The notes under the pieces are model-generated. The model searched no databases, was not told where the DNA came from, and worked only from the letters and a program-made list of their open reading frames with translations. Shown piece by piece: positions 18,630 to 28,338 of a stretch of DNA of 64,000 nucleotides; the stretch's first letter is position 1; each line of letters opens with the position of its first letter. The translations under genes and the position numbers were made by a program. Source of the stretch: an uncultured Candidatus Bathyarchaeia archaeon (lineage in GTDB: Archaea > Thermoproteota > Bathyarchaeia > RBG-16-48-13 > GCA-020345945); assembly GCA_964495315.1 (NCBI GenBank), contig CAZBVH010000001.1, positions 11,248 to 75,247 of the forward strand, read 5' to 3'.

Positions 18630-19283
18630 GTGTTGACCGAGAAAGGGAAGAAAATCCTTGAGAAGATAAGGAACAGTGTCGTGAACTTCGACGTGGAAGG
18701 CATAAGGAGCGCGAGTTTAGAGGCGATAGGGACAGGGATGACCACGGGAAGGGTCATAGAAGCGATGGGGGAGGGGATGGGTGTTGTTGGCAAGAAGTAT
18801 GAGGCGGGAGAGTACTTCGTCCCAGAGCTCATCATGGCAGGCGAGACGATGAAGGAAGGTCTGGCGGTTCTGAAGCCACACATGGAGGACGAGCCGCAGG
18901 CTACCTTAGGTACCGCTGTCGTTGCAACCGTTCTCGGCGACCTCCACGATATCGGGAAGAACATATTCATCACCCTGCTGGTCGCAGCCGGATTCAATGT
19001 CGTCGACTTGGGGGTCGATGTGCCCGCAGGGAAGATTGCGGATGCCGTCAGGAGTTCTGGTGCAATTATCGTCGGTCTCTCCGCCCTCCTAACCACTAAC
19101 CTAGATCAGATACCCCTCATCATCAACGAATTGGAGAAGGTGGGGCTGAGAGAGAAGGTGAAGGTTATCGTGGGAGGAGCCACCGTGACTGAGGCCTTTA
19201 CGAAGGAGATAGGGGCTGATGGCTATGCTAAGGAAGCCGTGACCGGTGTGGATATCTGTAAGAAGTGGGCGAAGCAAAGCTAA
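18630..19283 (+). CDS. Corrinoid (B12-binding) methyl-accepting protein, MtaC/MttC family
   Basis: GMGVVG.KYE.GEYFVPELIMAG cap, GDLHDIGKN base-off His motif, GLSALLT, VIVGGA. Confidence 0.93.
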   Translation: MLTEKGKKILEKIRNSVVNFDVEGIRSASLEAIGTGMTTGRVIEAMGEGMGVVGKKYEAGEYFVPELIMAGETMKEGLAVLKPHMEDEPQATLGTAVVATVLGDLHDIGKNIFITLLVAAGFNVVDLGVDVPAGKIADAVRSSGAIIVGLSALLTTNLDQIPLIINELEKVGLREKVKVIVGGATVTEAFTKEIGADGYAKEAVTGVDICKKWAKQS

Positions 19284-19335
19284 GGATCGACATCAAGTGG
19301 CTTATCCTAGTAGAAGCAGTATTGGGGGCATTGTC

Positions 19336-19554
19336 TCAAGAGAGCCCACTGGCAAAAGGCTTGCACGGGGCGTGGACAGCCTCTACGAATGAGTCCCACC
19401 ACCATTGAGGCTCTTGCTCAGCCCACCCCTTCAGAGGATGGTGTACCTTACAGAACGAGCGGCCTAACCCCGCTATGTTTCCTTCTGAATCGGTGAGGAT
19501 CGCTCTCAAACTGGTCGTTCCTGCATCTACACCTAGGACGTACCTCTCGACCAC
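19336..19554 (-). pseudogene. Truncated FGGY-family sugar kinase (N-terminal ~60 aa only)
   Basis: LGVDAGTTSLRA...P.KGWAEQEP.WW, then homology is lost and a stop follows. Full proteins are about 500 aa. Confidence 0.8.
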
Positions 19555-19579
19555 AGTCCATCATCTGTAAGAGGGGTCT

Positions 19580-20524
19580 CTAAATCCTCAACGTCCACAA
19601 TATGCGTGACGGTCCTTCCACTTCTGCAACTTTTCCCTGCTTCGCTAGTCGCTGCAGGTGCACTAAGACGGTGCGGTTTGTCACACCCTCAGGAATCCTC
19701 CGCCTAAAGACTGGGCATACGGCATAGGAGACCTCAGCAGCGCTCATGGGTCTTTTCGTCTTCTTGAGGATTGCCACTATCTGGTCCGCAATCTTGAGGT
19801 TTATGTCCGAGGAGAACTTTAGGTACTCTCTAAGCCGGAAGCCCTTGAGGATCGCTCTCTCAGAGGGCAGGTAGGGGTGATCTGTCAGCATCAACCGCAG
19901 ATTCATCTTCATCAATCGATCGATCGAGCTGAGGTATGCGTCCACATCTTGCAGGATTATGAAGTCATCAGTTTTGGTGCTCCCTCCAACGACGGAGTCT
20001 CCGGTGAAAACGGTTTCTCCTTGCCTATCGTAGAAGCAGACTGAGTCGGCTGAGTGTCCAGGGGTGTGCACAACCTCCAGGCTGAACGGTCCAAGTTCTA
20101 GGGCTTCTCCGTCCTTCAGGGTTCGATCAACCCTCAGGGGTTGGCTGATGGGTCTCTTGAGGATGTTCTCCCTGTCCTTCTCTGTCAAGTACTTTCCATA
20201 ATCAGCCAGATACTTGGTGCGTTGCATCTCAGGTTTCTCAAGTGCTTCAGCCCCCGATTCGTGTACTGCTATCTTTGCTCCGGTCGCTGCCTTTATGGCT
20301 TGATCACTGCCGACATGGTCGCCGTGGTTGTGTGTATGTATGATTAGGGAGACATCTTTAGGGTCGCGTCTTACCTGCCTGAGGTAAGGCAAGATTACGT
20401 TCTCCCATGTCCCCGGCAGACCAGAGTCTACTAGGGTTATCTCTTTTCCCAGGATTGCGTAGCAGGCTGTGAATATCCCATGCATCGGCTGCTCCAAATA
20501 GTGAATGGCTTCAGTAATCTGCAT
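19580..20524 (-). CDS. MBL-fold metallo-hydrolase with C-terminal winged-helix
   Basis: HTHNHGDHVG, TPGHS, TGD, DH motifs. AGGTGA RBS before ATG 20524. Confidence 0.88.
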   Translation of the reverse strand: MQITEAIHYLEQPMHGIFTACYAILGKEITLVDSGLPGTWENVILPYLRQVRRDPKDVSLIIHTHNHGDHVGSDQAIKAATGAKIAVHESGAEALEKPEMQRTKYLADYGKYLTEKDRENILKRPISQPLRVDRTLKDGEALELGPFSLEVVHTPGHSADSVCFYDRQGETVFTGDSVVGGSTKTDDFIILQDVDAYLSSIDRLMKMNLRLMLTDHPYLPSERAILKGFRLREYLKFSSDINLKIADQIVAILKKTKRPMSAAEVSYAVCPVFRRRIPEGVTNRTVLVHLQRLAKQGKVAEVEGPSRILWTLRI

Positions 20525-20851
20525 AAGAATCACCTGAATCTCAAAGCCCTTGAACCACGTATACTATTTTCGATTCCCCATTCGATCCAGTCACAGCAGC
20601 CAAATAAGAAGGAATCCGGAAGATCTGCTATTTGGGGCTCCCCAGTGAACCTCTCCGCTGACAAACGAGTATCGATCGCGAAGGGTGACCGCGGCAGACT
20701 TATGGATGATGACTCAATCTGCTCGGTGTTCCCAGCAAGTTGAAGCCTTCCCCTTTTTCCCATCAATCAATTCCGACGAGGGTCTTGGCATCTTTCTTGT
20801 CAGTTGATGGCAAACCGATCTTCAGGTTCCGAGGAGTGTCCACCGGGAGAA

Positions 20852-21121
20852 CTAGCATCTTTTGGAGTGCCTTCTGCTGGCTTTGTTAACGAGATCGGTC
20901 TTCTGATCATGGCTGAGACCCTTGATCTCCCGTTCTCGTCTCATCGCGTCCCTGCGTGACTCGAACTCCTCCACATATACCAGCCTCATCGGTTTTCTCA
21001 TCCTAGTGTACTTGGCGCCGCGCCCTTGCCTGTGCCATTCGACACGTGATTCCAGGTCCCTAGTATATCCCGTGTAGTAGCTCCCGTCTCGACAGAGGAG
21101 CATATAGACGTAATGCATCAT
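20852..21121 (-). CDS. GIY-YIG nuclease superfamily protein (UPF0213/YhbQ)
   Basis: YVYML.C.DGSYYTGYT.DL..R...H..G.GAKYTR, A..RE..IK. Confidence 0.92.
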   Translation of the reverse strand: MMHYVYMLLCRDGSYYTGYTRDLESRVEWHRQGRGAKYTRMRKPMRLVYVEEFESRRDAMRREREIKGLSHDQKTDLVNKASRRHSKRC

Positions 21122-21136
21122 AAATTGTCACGCTAG

Positions 21137-22252
21137 TCAGACCTTCGGCAGGCTCAGCCTTTGATCTGCCTGTTGAAGGAGCTTTACAATCGGCAGATCA
21201 TAGGGACATCTCTTCTCGCACTCCCCGCACTGCGTACAGTCATCAACCCTGGTCGAGAGTCTCATATACTGACTCCGCGCCCAATCTTTCAACCCATAGC
21301 CGTAGTATCGGTCGAATCTCAGGATCGCAGGGATCTTCACGAACTCAGGGCATGGCATACACATCTCGCATGTGTTCAGCGTACCGCCCTCCCGGCAGTG
21401 GAGGCCACCCTCCTCACTCCAGAACTCGAATTCCTCCTCATGGGTCGCGCGGTCAAAGTCTCGAACCGCCTTCACGGCGGCATCGATCTCTTCCACGTTC
21501 TCGAATCCAGAGACTATTGTGGAGACTTCACGGCGTAATAGGAAGCCGAGGGCGCGCCTAGCTATCTCGCGGTCGTCTCTGCCCAAGAGTGTCCTGAACT
21601 CGTCGGAGCCCAGGAAGAAGGGTTGTCCGCCGAAAGGCTTCATGACGACGACGCCCACGTCGAGCTCTTTCGCCAAAGGGACGAGTTCCTCCAGGGCTCG
21701 CCTCGTAATCACGTTAATCGGTACCTGGATTGCGTCGAACTCCCCTGTACGTATGGCTTCGATGAGTACGTGTGGATAATGCCCGGTGATTCCGATGTGG
21801 TCTACAAGACCTTGGGACCGGGCCTCCCTCAAGGCTTCCAAGGCGCTGTCTGAGCCCATGGCTCTCTTAAGCGTCGACAGGTCGTTTACGCCATGCAGCT
21901 GGACCGCGTCGATTCTGGTGGTTCTCAGCCTCTTGAGGCTATGCCTGAGTTGTACCCATGCACCGCCCCTCGTCATGTCCTCGACCTTCGTCGCTATAAC
22001 GCAGTCATCCCTAACAGGTGCCAGGGCGTCGCCGATGCGCTCCTCGCTGTTATAGTAGGATCGGGCAGTATCGAAGTAATTAATGCCCTGGTCGAAGGCG
22101 TAGCGCACGATTCGTTCTGCTTCCTCTCTCGTCATAGGAGGCAGATGCTCTCCTATCGGAGCCCCACCGAAGCCAAGTACCGAGACCTCAAGCCCAGTCC
22201 TTCCGAGCCTGCGTTTCTCCATTTTTCCTCGAGCTTCCTTCACTCGAACCAC
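21137..22252 (-). CDS. Aldo/keto reductase with C-terminal 4Fe-4S dicluster domain
   Basis: LGRTGL.VS.LGFG, FDTARSY, IATK, QLH. C-terminal CEMCMPCP and CTQCGECEKRCP. Confidence 0.92.
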   Translation of the reverse strand: MVRVKEARGKMEKRRLGRTGLEVSVLGFGGAPIGEHLPPMTREEAERIVRYAFDQGINYFDTARSYYNSEERIGDALAPVRDDCVIATKVEDMTRGGAWVQLRHSLKRLRTTRIDAVQLHGVNDLSTLKRAMGSDSALEALREARSQGLVDHIGITGHYPHVLIEAIRTGEFDAIQVPINVITRRALEELVPLAKELDVGVVVMKPFGGQPFFLGSDEFRTLLGRDDREIARRALGFLLRREVSTIVSGFENVEEIDAAVKAVRDFDRATHEEEFEFWSEEGGLHCREGGTLNTCEMCMPCPEFVKIPAILRFDRYYGYGLKDWARSQYMRLSTRVDDCTQCGECEKRCPYDLPIVKLLQQADQRLSLPKV

Positions 22253-22469
22253 CCCAAGAAAACTGGTTGGTACTCAGGCTGCGAGCTATAAAAGCCTAAT
22301 TTGCCGTCCTCATCCGGTCAGCTCTTCCATGGCTATCCGTGATCGCGTATGCCTTCGCTGTGGACACCTCGTCCATCAACCTTGAAAAGATTCAGAGAAG
22401 AAACGAAACACTTACCAGACGGTTGTAACCCAAATTCTAATCTCCTGACGTTTCGGTGGACTGGACACG

Positions 22470-23136
22470 GTGTGGAAAGCTATCGCCTGCGATTTCGATG
22501 GAACCTTGACTGACGAGCAAGGTAGGCTGAGCATAGACGCCTTGGCTGCGGCAAGAGAGTCAGAGGCTAGAGGGATTCCCATAATCCTCTCAAGCGGCCG
22601 AGTCCTAGCTGAAATGAACATGCTGTCAAAGGTCATCGGGACAAGCGGACCTATAATCGCCGAGAATGGGGGAGTTATCTGGAATCCTAGGACACTGAGC
22701 AAACATCTGCAAGGCGACCCAGAGAAAGCCAGGAGAGCGTATCAAGCCCTCCTCTCCCATCCAGGCGAGATCGAACTCCTCAAGCCGACGCTTAGGGAGA
22801 CCGACGTAGTCGTCAGAGGAAGAAGGGTCGCAGAACTGCAAGCCATACTCAGAACAGAGGAGCTGGGTGTTCACATCATAGATGCCAATGTCGCCACCCA
22901 CATCACCGACACATCCGTTGACAAAGGAAGAGCACTCAAGACCGCCGCAGAGATGTTGAACATGGATACCAGCGAGATTGTAGCGATCGGGGACTCCCCG
23001 AACGACATAGCACTATTCCAGGCTGCCGGCGCAGGATACGCAGTCGCAAATGCTGACCCCCACCCAAGTGACCAGACGATCCTTCGGCGCAGGATGCGCG
23101 GAAGCGATCCGAGAAGTCCTGGAGAGCCTTCACTGA
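22470..23136 (+). pseudogene. Phosphoglycolate phosphatase (archaeal HAD, Cof subfamily) with frameshifted C-terminus
   Basis: DFDGTLT, SSGR, AENGG, DKG, GDSPND. After ANADP the conserved tail (TQVTRRSFGAGCAEAIREVLESLH*) lies in another frame ending at TGA 23134-23136. Confidence 0.72.
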
Positions 23137-23320
23137 ATGATTAGCGTATCTTGAACAGCCACCATGGTTCGTGAGGTCAAGCGATTTCTCAAGATGGGAC
23201 AGATAGGAAGAATGAAATAACAAATCGCTACGAGTGAGAAACCCGGAGAGCGATCGTTAATATGAAAGACCTGACTCCATTCCTCCATGTTCAAATGGCA
23301 ACCAGAAAAGGAGGCATTCT

Positions 23321-24592
23321 ATGAAAATGGTCAAGCGAGGTAGGCGTAGACTACTCGAAGAGGACCAGGAGACAGCCAGAATCGTCTCTGAGATCTTGAA
23401 GGACATCGAGAAGAATGGGATGGATGCCGTTCGCAGATACAGCCAGAAGTTTGACGGGTGGAACCCGAAGAGCTTTGAGCTGGGTGAGAAGGAGATCGAA
23501 GAAGCGATCTCGAAACTACCAGACCAAGTCATCGAGGATACTGATTTCTGCCAGGAGAATGTACGTGAGTTTGCCAGAGAGCAGTTAAAGACCCTGCACC
23601 CTCTTGAGGTTCAGATCAGACCGGGAGTAGTCCTTGGCCACAAGCACATTCCTGTCCATTCGGTCGGGAGCTACATTCCCGGCGGAAGGTATCCTATGTT
23701 CGGTTCGGCGCAGATGAGTATCATACCCGCGAAGGTAGCCGGGGTGAAGAATATTGTTGCATGTACTCCGCCTGTCAAGGACGAGGGATACTATCCGGCA
23801 ACCGTTAACGCAATGAAGAAGGCTGGGGCGGACCGAATATTCATATTAGGAGGGGTCCAAGCCATGGCGCTCATGGCTTTCGGGTTGGGTGAAGTTGAAC
23901 CCGTCGATGTCCTCTGTGGTGCTGGGAACAAGTATGTTGTGGAGGCCAAGCGCCAACTGTTTGGGCGGTGTGGAATCGATCTCCTTGCTGGTCCGACGGA
24001 GATCCTCATCATTGCGGATGAGAGTGCAACCCCTAGCCTCGTAGCCTGCGATCTTCTAGGCCAGGCAGAACATGATCCGAACAGCGGTGTCTGCCTGATA
24101 TGCCTCAGCGAGGAGTTCGCCCACAGGACCATCACTGAGCTTGAGAAACAGCTGAAGGTTCTTCCGACTCGTGATGTCGCCGAACTCTCTTGGGGAATCA
24201 ACGGCATCGTCTATGTCGCTGACAGTAGGGAAGAGGCGGTCAAACTCAGTGACGACTATGCCCCGGAGCATCTGGAGCTACACGTGAAGGATCCCGACTA
24301 CTATACCGAGAATCTTACAAACTATGGTTCCTTATTCATCGGGGAAGAGACGACGGTTGCCTACGGTGACAAATGCATCGGAACGAACCACATCCTGCCT
24401 ACGAGCCGTGCAGCCCGCTTCACCGGCGGACTATGGGTAGGAAAATTCCTGAAGACCTGTACCTATCAGCGGATGACACCGGCCGCAAGCCGTGAGATCG
24501 GCATGGTCACGGAACGCCAATGCAGACAAGAGAACATGCTTGCCCACGCGATCACTGCCAGGGTAAGGGTGGATCGCTATACCAAAGGTTAG
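23321..24592 (+). CDS. hisD: Histidinol dehydrogenase family paralog (PRK12447/HpsN-like, probably catabolic)
   Basis: YIPGGRYP, GGVQA, GNKYV.EAKRQ, GIDLLAGPTE, QAEH, APEHL, YGDKCIGTNH.LPT. The symbol is family-level only. Confidence 0.88.
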   Translation: MKMVKRGRRRLLEEDQETARIVSEILKDIEKNGMDAVRRYSQKFDGWNPKSFELGEKEIEEAISKLPDQVIEDTDFCQENVREFAREQLKTLHPLEVQIRPGVVLGHKHIPVHSVGSYIPGGRYPMFGSAQMSIIPAKVAGVKNIVACTPPVKDEGYYPATVNAMKKAGADRIFILGGVQAMALMAFGLGEVEPVDVLCGAGNKYVVEAKRQLFGRCGIDLLAGPTEILIIADESATPSLVACDLLGQAEHDPNSGVCLICLSEEFAHRTITELEKQLKVLPTRDVAELSWGINGIVYVADSREEAVKLSDDYAPEHLELHVKDPDYYTENLTNYGSLFIGEETTVAYGDKCIGTNHILPTSRAARFTGGLWVGKFLKTCTYQRMTPAASREIGMVTERQCRQENMLAHAITARVRVDRYTKG

Positions 24593-24661
24593 GCTTAAGC
24601 GTGCCCGACAGCATACCACCTGGTCAAATATCTCAGAGTCTTCCAAAGGAGAGGAGACCGC

Positions 24662-25426
24662 ATGAGTAACGAGATGTTCAGACTGGACAACAAAGTCGCG
24701 TTAATCACGGGGGCGGCGACAGGTCTCGGTGCCGCGATCTCCATAGCGCTTGCCAAGAATGGTGCCGATGTTGCTATTTCAGACAAGCCCGGTGTGGGCT
24801 TGGATAATACTGCAACGAAGGCAGGGGTGTATGGACACGGGGTCTTCAAGGTTGGCATCGATGTCCGCGAACTCAGTCAGATCCGCGAGGGGGTTGCGAC
24901 TGTTGAGGATGAGTTCGGCAGAATCGACATCCTAGTGAATAATGCTGGAATCAATAGGCCTGCGCCAGGCCTTGAAGTGACAGAAGACAACTGGGATGAT
25001 CATCTCAATACGAACGTGAAAGGCGGCTTCTTCTTGGCGCAAGCCGTAGCCAAAGGGATGATATCCCGGGGGTGGGGGCGGATCATCTTCATCGCCAGTC
25101 AGTCCGGGTTGATAGGCATCCCGGGGCAGTCCGTCTACTGCTCAAGCAAAGGCGCGGTGATCCAGTTGGCTCGTACCCTTGGCGTGGAGTGGGCTAAGCA
25201 TGGAGTCACTGTCAACGCTGTGGCTCCAACCTTTGTGGAGACAGACCTCACCCGCAAGCGTCTGCAGGACCCTGGGTTCCTGAGATTTGTACTGGATAGG
25301 ATTCCTGCTGGGAAGCTTGCTATGCCGGAAGATGTCGCCGCAGCCGTAGTCTACCTTGCGAGCGAAGATGCAAGGATGGTTAACGGCGCCACGTTATCCG
25401 TTGATGGTGGCTGGACAGCGTGGTAG
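24662..25426 (+). CDS. Short-chain dehydrogenase/reductase (SDR)
   Basis: TGAATGLG, NNAG, YCSSK, VNAVAP, VDGGW. Confidence 0.93.
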   Translation: MSNEMFRLDNKVALITGAATGLGAAISIALAKNGADVAISDKPGVGLDNTATKAGVYGHGVFKVGIDVRELSQIREGVATVEDEFGRIDILVNNAGINRPAPGLEVTEDNWDDHLNTNVKGGFFLAQAVAKGMISRGWGRIIFIASQSGLIGIPGQSVYCSSKGAVIQLARTLGVEWAKHGVTVNAVAPTFVETDLTRKRLQDPGFLRFVLDRIPAGKLAMPEDVAAAVVYLASEDARMVNGATLSVDGGWTAW

Positions 25427-25451
25427 GAGAAATCGGAGAGGAGGAAGGAGC

Positions 25452-26369
25452 CTGAAGGAGTTTCCTAGGCTTTCAAGCTCCAAACTCCTCGAACGACTTG
25501 AGCTGCCTAAAGGCAAGGTCAGGGTTGTCCTCGACACCGACACCTACAATGAGATCGATGACCAGTTCGCCGTTACCTACGCGATGCTCTCACCTGAGAA
25601 GATGACCGTTGAGGCTATCCATGCTGCACCGTTCTTCAATGCTCGTTCTACGGGACCAGCGGACGGGATGGGAAAGAGCTACCAAGAGATACTGCGTGTC
25701 CTCAGCAGGCTAGGCTGCAAGGCTGAGAACCTTGTCTTCAAGGGGTCTGAAAGCTATCTGCCTAGTCCTGAGACTCCGGTGCAGAGTGACGCCGCCCGTA
25801 ACCTGGTGAAGAAGGCTCTTGAGCGAGAGGAACCGCTCTACGTGGTAGCCCTAGGGGCGCCGACAAATGTGGCTTCAGCGCTGCTCATGGAACCGATGAT
25901 CATTGAGCACATCGTGGTCATCTGGCTTGGCGGCAATCCCCTCTACTGGCCCTCGGCCTCCGAGTTCAACCTGAAACAGGATCTTGCCGCCTCAAAGCTA
26001 CTCTTCGACACTGGTGTGCCGCTCATACACATTCCCTGCAAGAATGTCTCCGAACACCTGCGTACAACCGTCGCCGAGCTTGAACGGTACATAAAGGGCA
26101 CCAGTGCAATCGGCGACTACCTTTTCCAGATATTCTCCGATTACCGCGACGATCATTTTGCTTGGTCCAAACCTCTCTGGGACCTCGCCCCTGTCGCCTT
26201 CCTCGTAGATCCCTGTTGGGTTCCGACAGAGATTGTTCACAGCCCTATACTGAGCGATCAGATGACCTACAGCCTGGATCAAGGCAGACACTTCATCAGG
26301 GTCGCCACAGGAATGAACCGCGACGAGATATTCCGCGATCTCTTCACGAAAGTAAGAGGCGCAAACTAG
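25452..26369 (+). CDS. Nucleoside hydrolase (IU-NH family)
   Basis: DTDTYNEIDDQFA, LGAPTNVA, EFN, LWD motifs. Start inferred at CTG after a GGAGGAAGGAG purine tract. Confidence 0.88.
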   Translation: MKEFPRLSSSKLLERLELPKGKVRVVLDTDTYNEIDDQFAVTYAMLSPEKMTVEAIHAAPFFNARSTGPADGMGKSYQEILRVLSRLGCKAENLVFKGSESYLPSPETPVQSDAARNLVKKALEREEPLYVVALGAPTNVASALLMEPMIIEHIVVIWLGGNPLYWPSASEFNLKQDLAASKLLFDTGVPLIHIPCKNVSEHLRTTVAELERYIKGTSAIGDYLFQIFSDYRDDHFAWSKPLWDLAPVAFLVDPCWVPTEIVHSPILSDQMTYSLDQGRHFIRVATGMNRDEIFRDLFTKVRGAN

Positions 26370-26534
26370 TCGGACCATTGGACCGTGACGATCCTATAAT
26401 CCATGAAGAAGATGACTGCCAAGGCCGCGGTCCTTCTACTGGCTGACCAGGATTGAGGATTCCTAGATATTTCCCCCGACCACCTGGCTAGTGAGTCTTA
26501 AAGGCTTTAATCTTCAAGGTTCCGCTTCGCTATC

Positions 26535-27071
26535 TTGGTATCTGCTTTGTCGATTCTAGACGTTATTAAGGCTAGGGGAAGTATCAGGAGGTACAAACCT
26601 AAACCTGTGCCAAAGGAAGAGTTGTTGAAAGTTGTTGAGGCGGCTGAATACGCTCAGTCGGCGGCCAACAGGCAACCTTGGCAGTTTATTCTCGTGACTG
26701 ATGCAGTGATGAAGAAGAGGCTTGTCGAGGCTGCGAGGAATCAAGGGTTCGTCGGCGAGGCTGCAGCAGTCTTGATGTGTTTGGCTAATCCCAAGGAGAG
26801 TGCGAAGGTGGGTCCCTTCGAGGGGTTCCTGGTCGACTTGGCCATAGCGATCGAGAATATGGCGCTCACTGCTTGGGATCTTGGAATAGGCAGTTGCTGG
26901 ATCGGCGCCTTCAACGAGAACAGCGTGAAAGGGCTGCTAGGCATACCTGAGGAGTTCCGTGTAGTTTCCCTGCTTACGCTTGGATACCCCGACGAGAGGC
27001 CGAGAGCAAAGAACATGAAACTCCTGAATGAGATACTCCACTACGAGAGATGGGGTCGGAGAGAGCCTTAG
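26535..27071 (+). CDS. Nitroreductase family protein
   Basis: R.SIRRY, SAANRQPWQF, L.A.DLGIGSCWIGAF, LGYP. Confidence 0.92.
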   Translation: MVSALSILDVIKARGSIRRYKPKPVPKEELLKVVEAAEYAQSAANRQPWQFILVTDAVMKKRLVEAARNQGFVGEAAAVLMCLANPKESAKVGPFEGFLVDLAIAIENMALTAWDLGIGSCWIGAFNENSVKGLLGIPEEFRVVSLLTLGYPDERPRAKNMKLLNEILHYERWGRREP

Positions 27072-27270
27072 CCCTCTCTGACCTCCGATTCCTTGTGAGG
27101 TTTCGATAGGAGAATCCTTACTCACAGTCAAGCAGGTTTCTATTGCTCCCATGGGAAACGTTTTAAGGGGCTAAAGGAGTTAAGGCGGTGTCCGTCTGAG
27201 CCACGTAGCGTCTCAAAACCGCCGGAAGTCCTATGGACTTTCTAAAGAAGCTAATTCAAGTGATTACACG

Positions 27271-28281
27271 TTGAAGGTTGCCAAGGACATTCTAGGGCTG
27301 ATAGGGAATACCCCGCTCCTCAAACTGCGAAGGGTGACGAGAGGTCTCGATGTGAACGTCTACGTCAAGTGCGAGTATCTTAACCCAAGCGGAAGCATAA
27401 AGGACAGGATGGCGCTCCGCATGGTGGAGGAAGCCGAGAAGGAGGGGCGGCTCGGTCCTGGCGGTACCATGATCGAGATGACCAGCGGAAACACCGGGTC
27501 GGCACTAGCCTTCGTAGGGAGTGTCAAGGGATACAAAGTCCGCCTCTTCATACCATCCCAGTGGACTGGTTCTTACAGCCCAACCGACAGGATCAACATG
27601 ATGAGGTTCTTCGGCGGGGAGGTTGAGACCTTCAACCTAGGGCAGTACGATGTGCTGCTGAGGAACTTGGGCGAAGATGAGAAGGCGCTGGCAGCCCTCA
27701 TCATAGGGATGAAGAAATGCTGTGAGGTTGAGAAGGGTAATCCAAGGATCTGGTGGCCGAATCAGATGTGCAACATCTATAACGCGCTAGCTAACAGAGA
27801 CACTACTGGAAAGGAGATTCTGAACCAGCTTGACGGGGAAGTTGACGGATGGGTAGCGTCGGTCGGGACGGGCGGTACGCTTCTGGGCGTGGCTGAAGCC
27901 CTTCGGAAGGAGAACCCTGCTGTGCGGGTTGTCGGTGTCGAGCCTGCCGACGCACCCTTGATTGAATGTGTAAGGTCTGGGGTGTCCCAGCGGTTCTTCG
28001 AGGTCTTAGGTGTTCCGAGAACGAAGCTGCTGATTGAGCTGATGCTGGAGAAGGGTCTGCCTGACGAGGTGGTAGCCGTGGCCGACAGGGATGCGAGGGA
28101 GATGGCTTACCGGCTCTGCAGTGAGGAGGGCTTCTTCTGCGGGATGTCTTCGGGCGCCAATGTCTATGCTGCCATCCAGACTGCCAAGACGTTGGGGAGA
28201 GATGCCAATGTTGTGACCATCCTAGTAGACAGAAGAGATAGGTACTTCTCAGAGCACCCGGCAGAGCACTACGTCATCTAG
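27271..28281 (+). CDS. PLP-dependent cysteine synthase family protein (atypical)
   Basis: IGNTPL, KCEYLNPSGSIKDR (PLP Lys), TSGNTG, GTGGT, EEG...GMSSGA. Confidence 0.88.
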   Translation: MKVAKDILGLIGNTPLLKLRRVTRGLDVNVYVKCEYLNPSGSIKDRMALRMVEEAEKEGRLGPGGTMIEMTSGNTGSALAFVGSVKGYKVRLFIPSQWTGSYSPTDRINMMRFFGGEVETFNLGQYDVLLRNLGEDEKALAALIIGMKKCCEVEKGNPRIWWPNQMCNIYNALANRDTTGKEILNQLDGEVDGWVASVGTGGTLLGVAEALRKENPAVRVVGVEPADAPLIECVRSGVSQRFFEVLGVPRTKLLIELMLEKGLPDEVVAVADRDAREMAYRLCSEEGFFCGMSSGANVYAAIQTAKTLGRDANVVTILVDRRDRYFSEHPAEHYVI

Positions 28282-28338
28282 CTAACCAGGTTAGCCCTTA
28301 GCTCATTCTTATGCCAAAGAGGCAGTCATGCCTCAATG

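Noticed and set aside
20530..20850. Short ORFs in the intergenic stretch between the MBL and GIY-YIG genes
   Set aside because: No motif or RBS support in any frame that I could recognise.
20852..21121. GIY-YIG gene as a mobile homing endonuclease
   Set aside because: Short stand-alone UPF0213 type, with no intron, intein or IS context.
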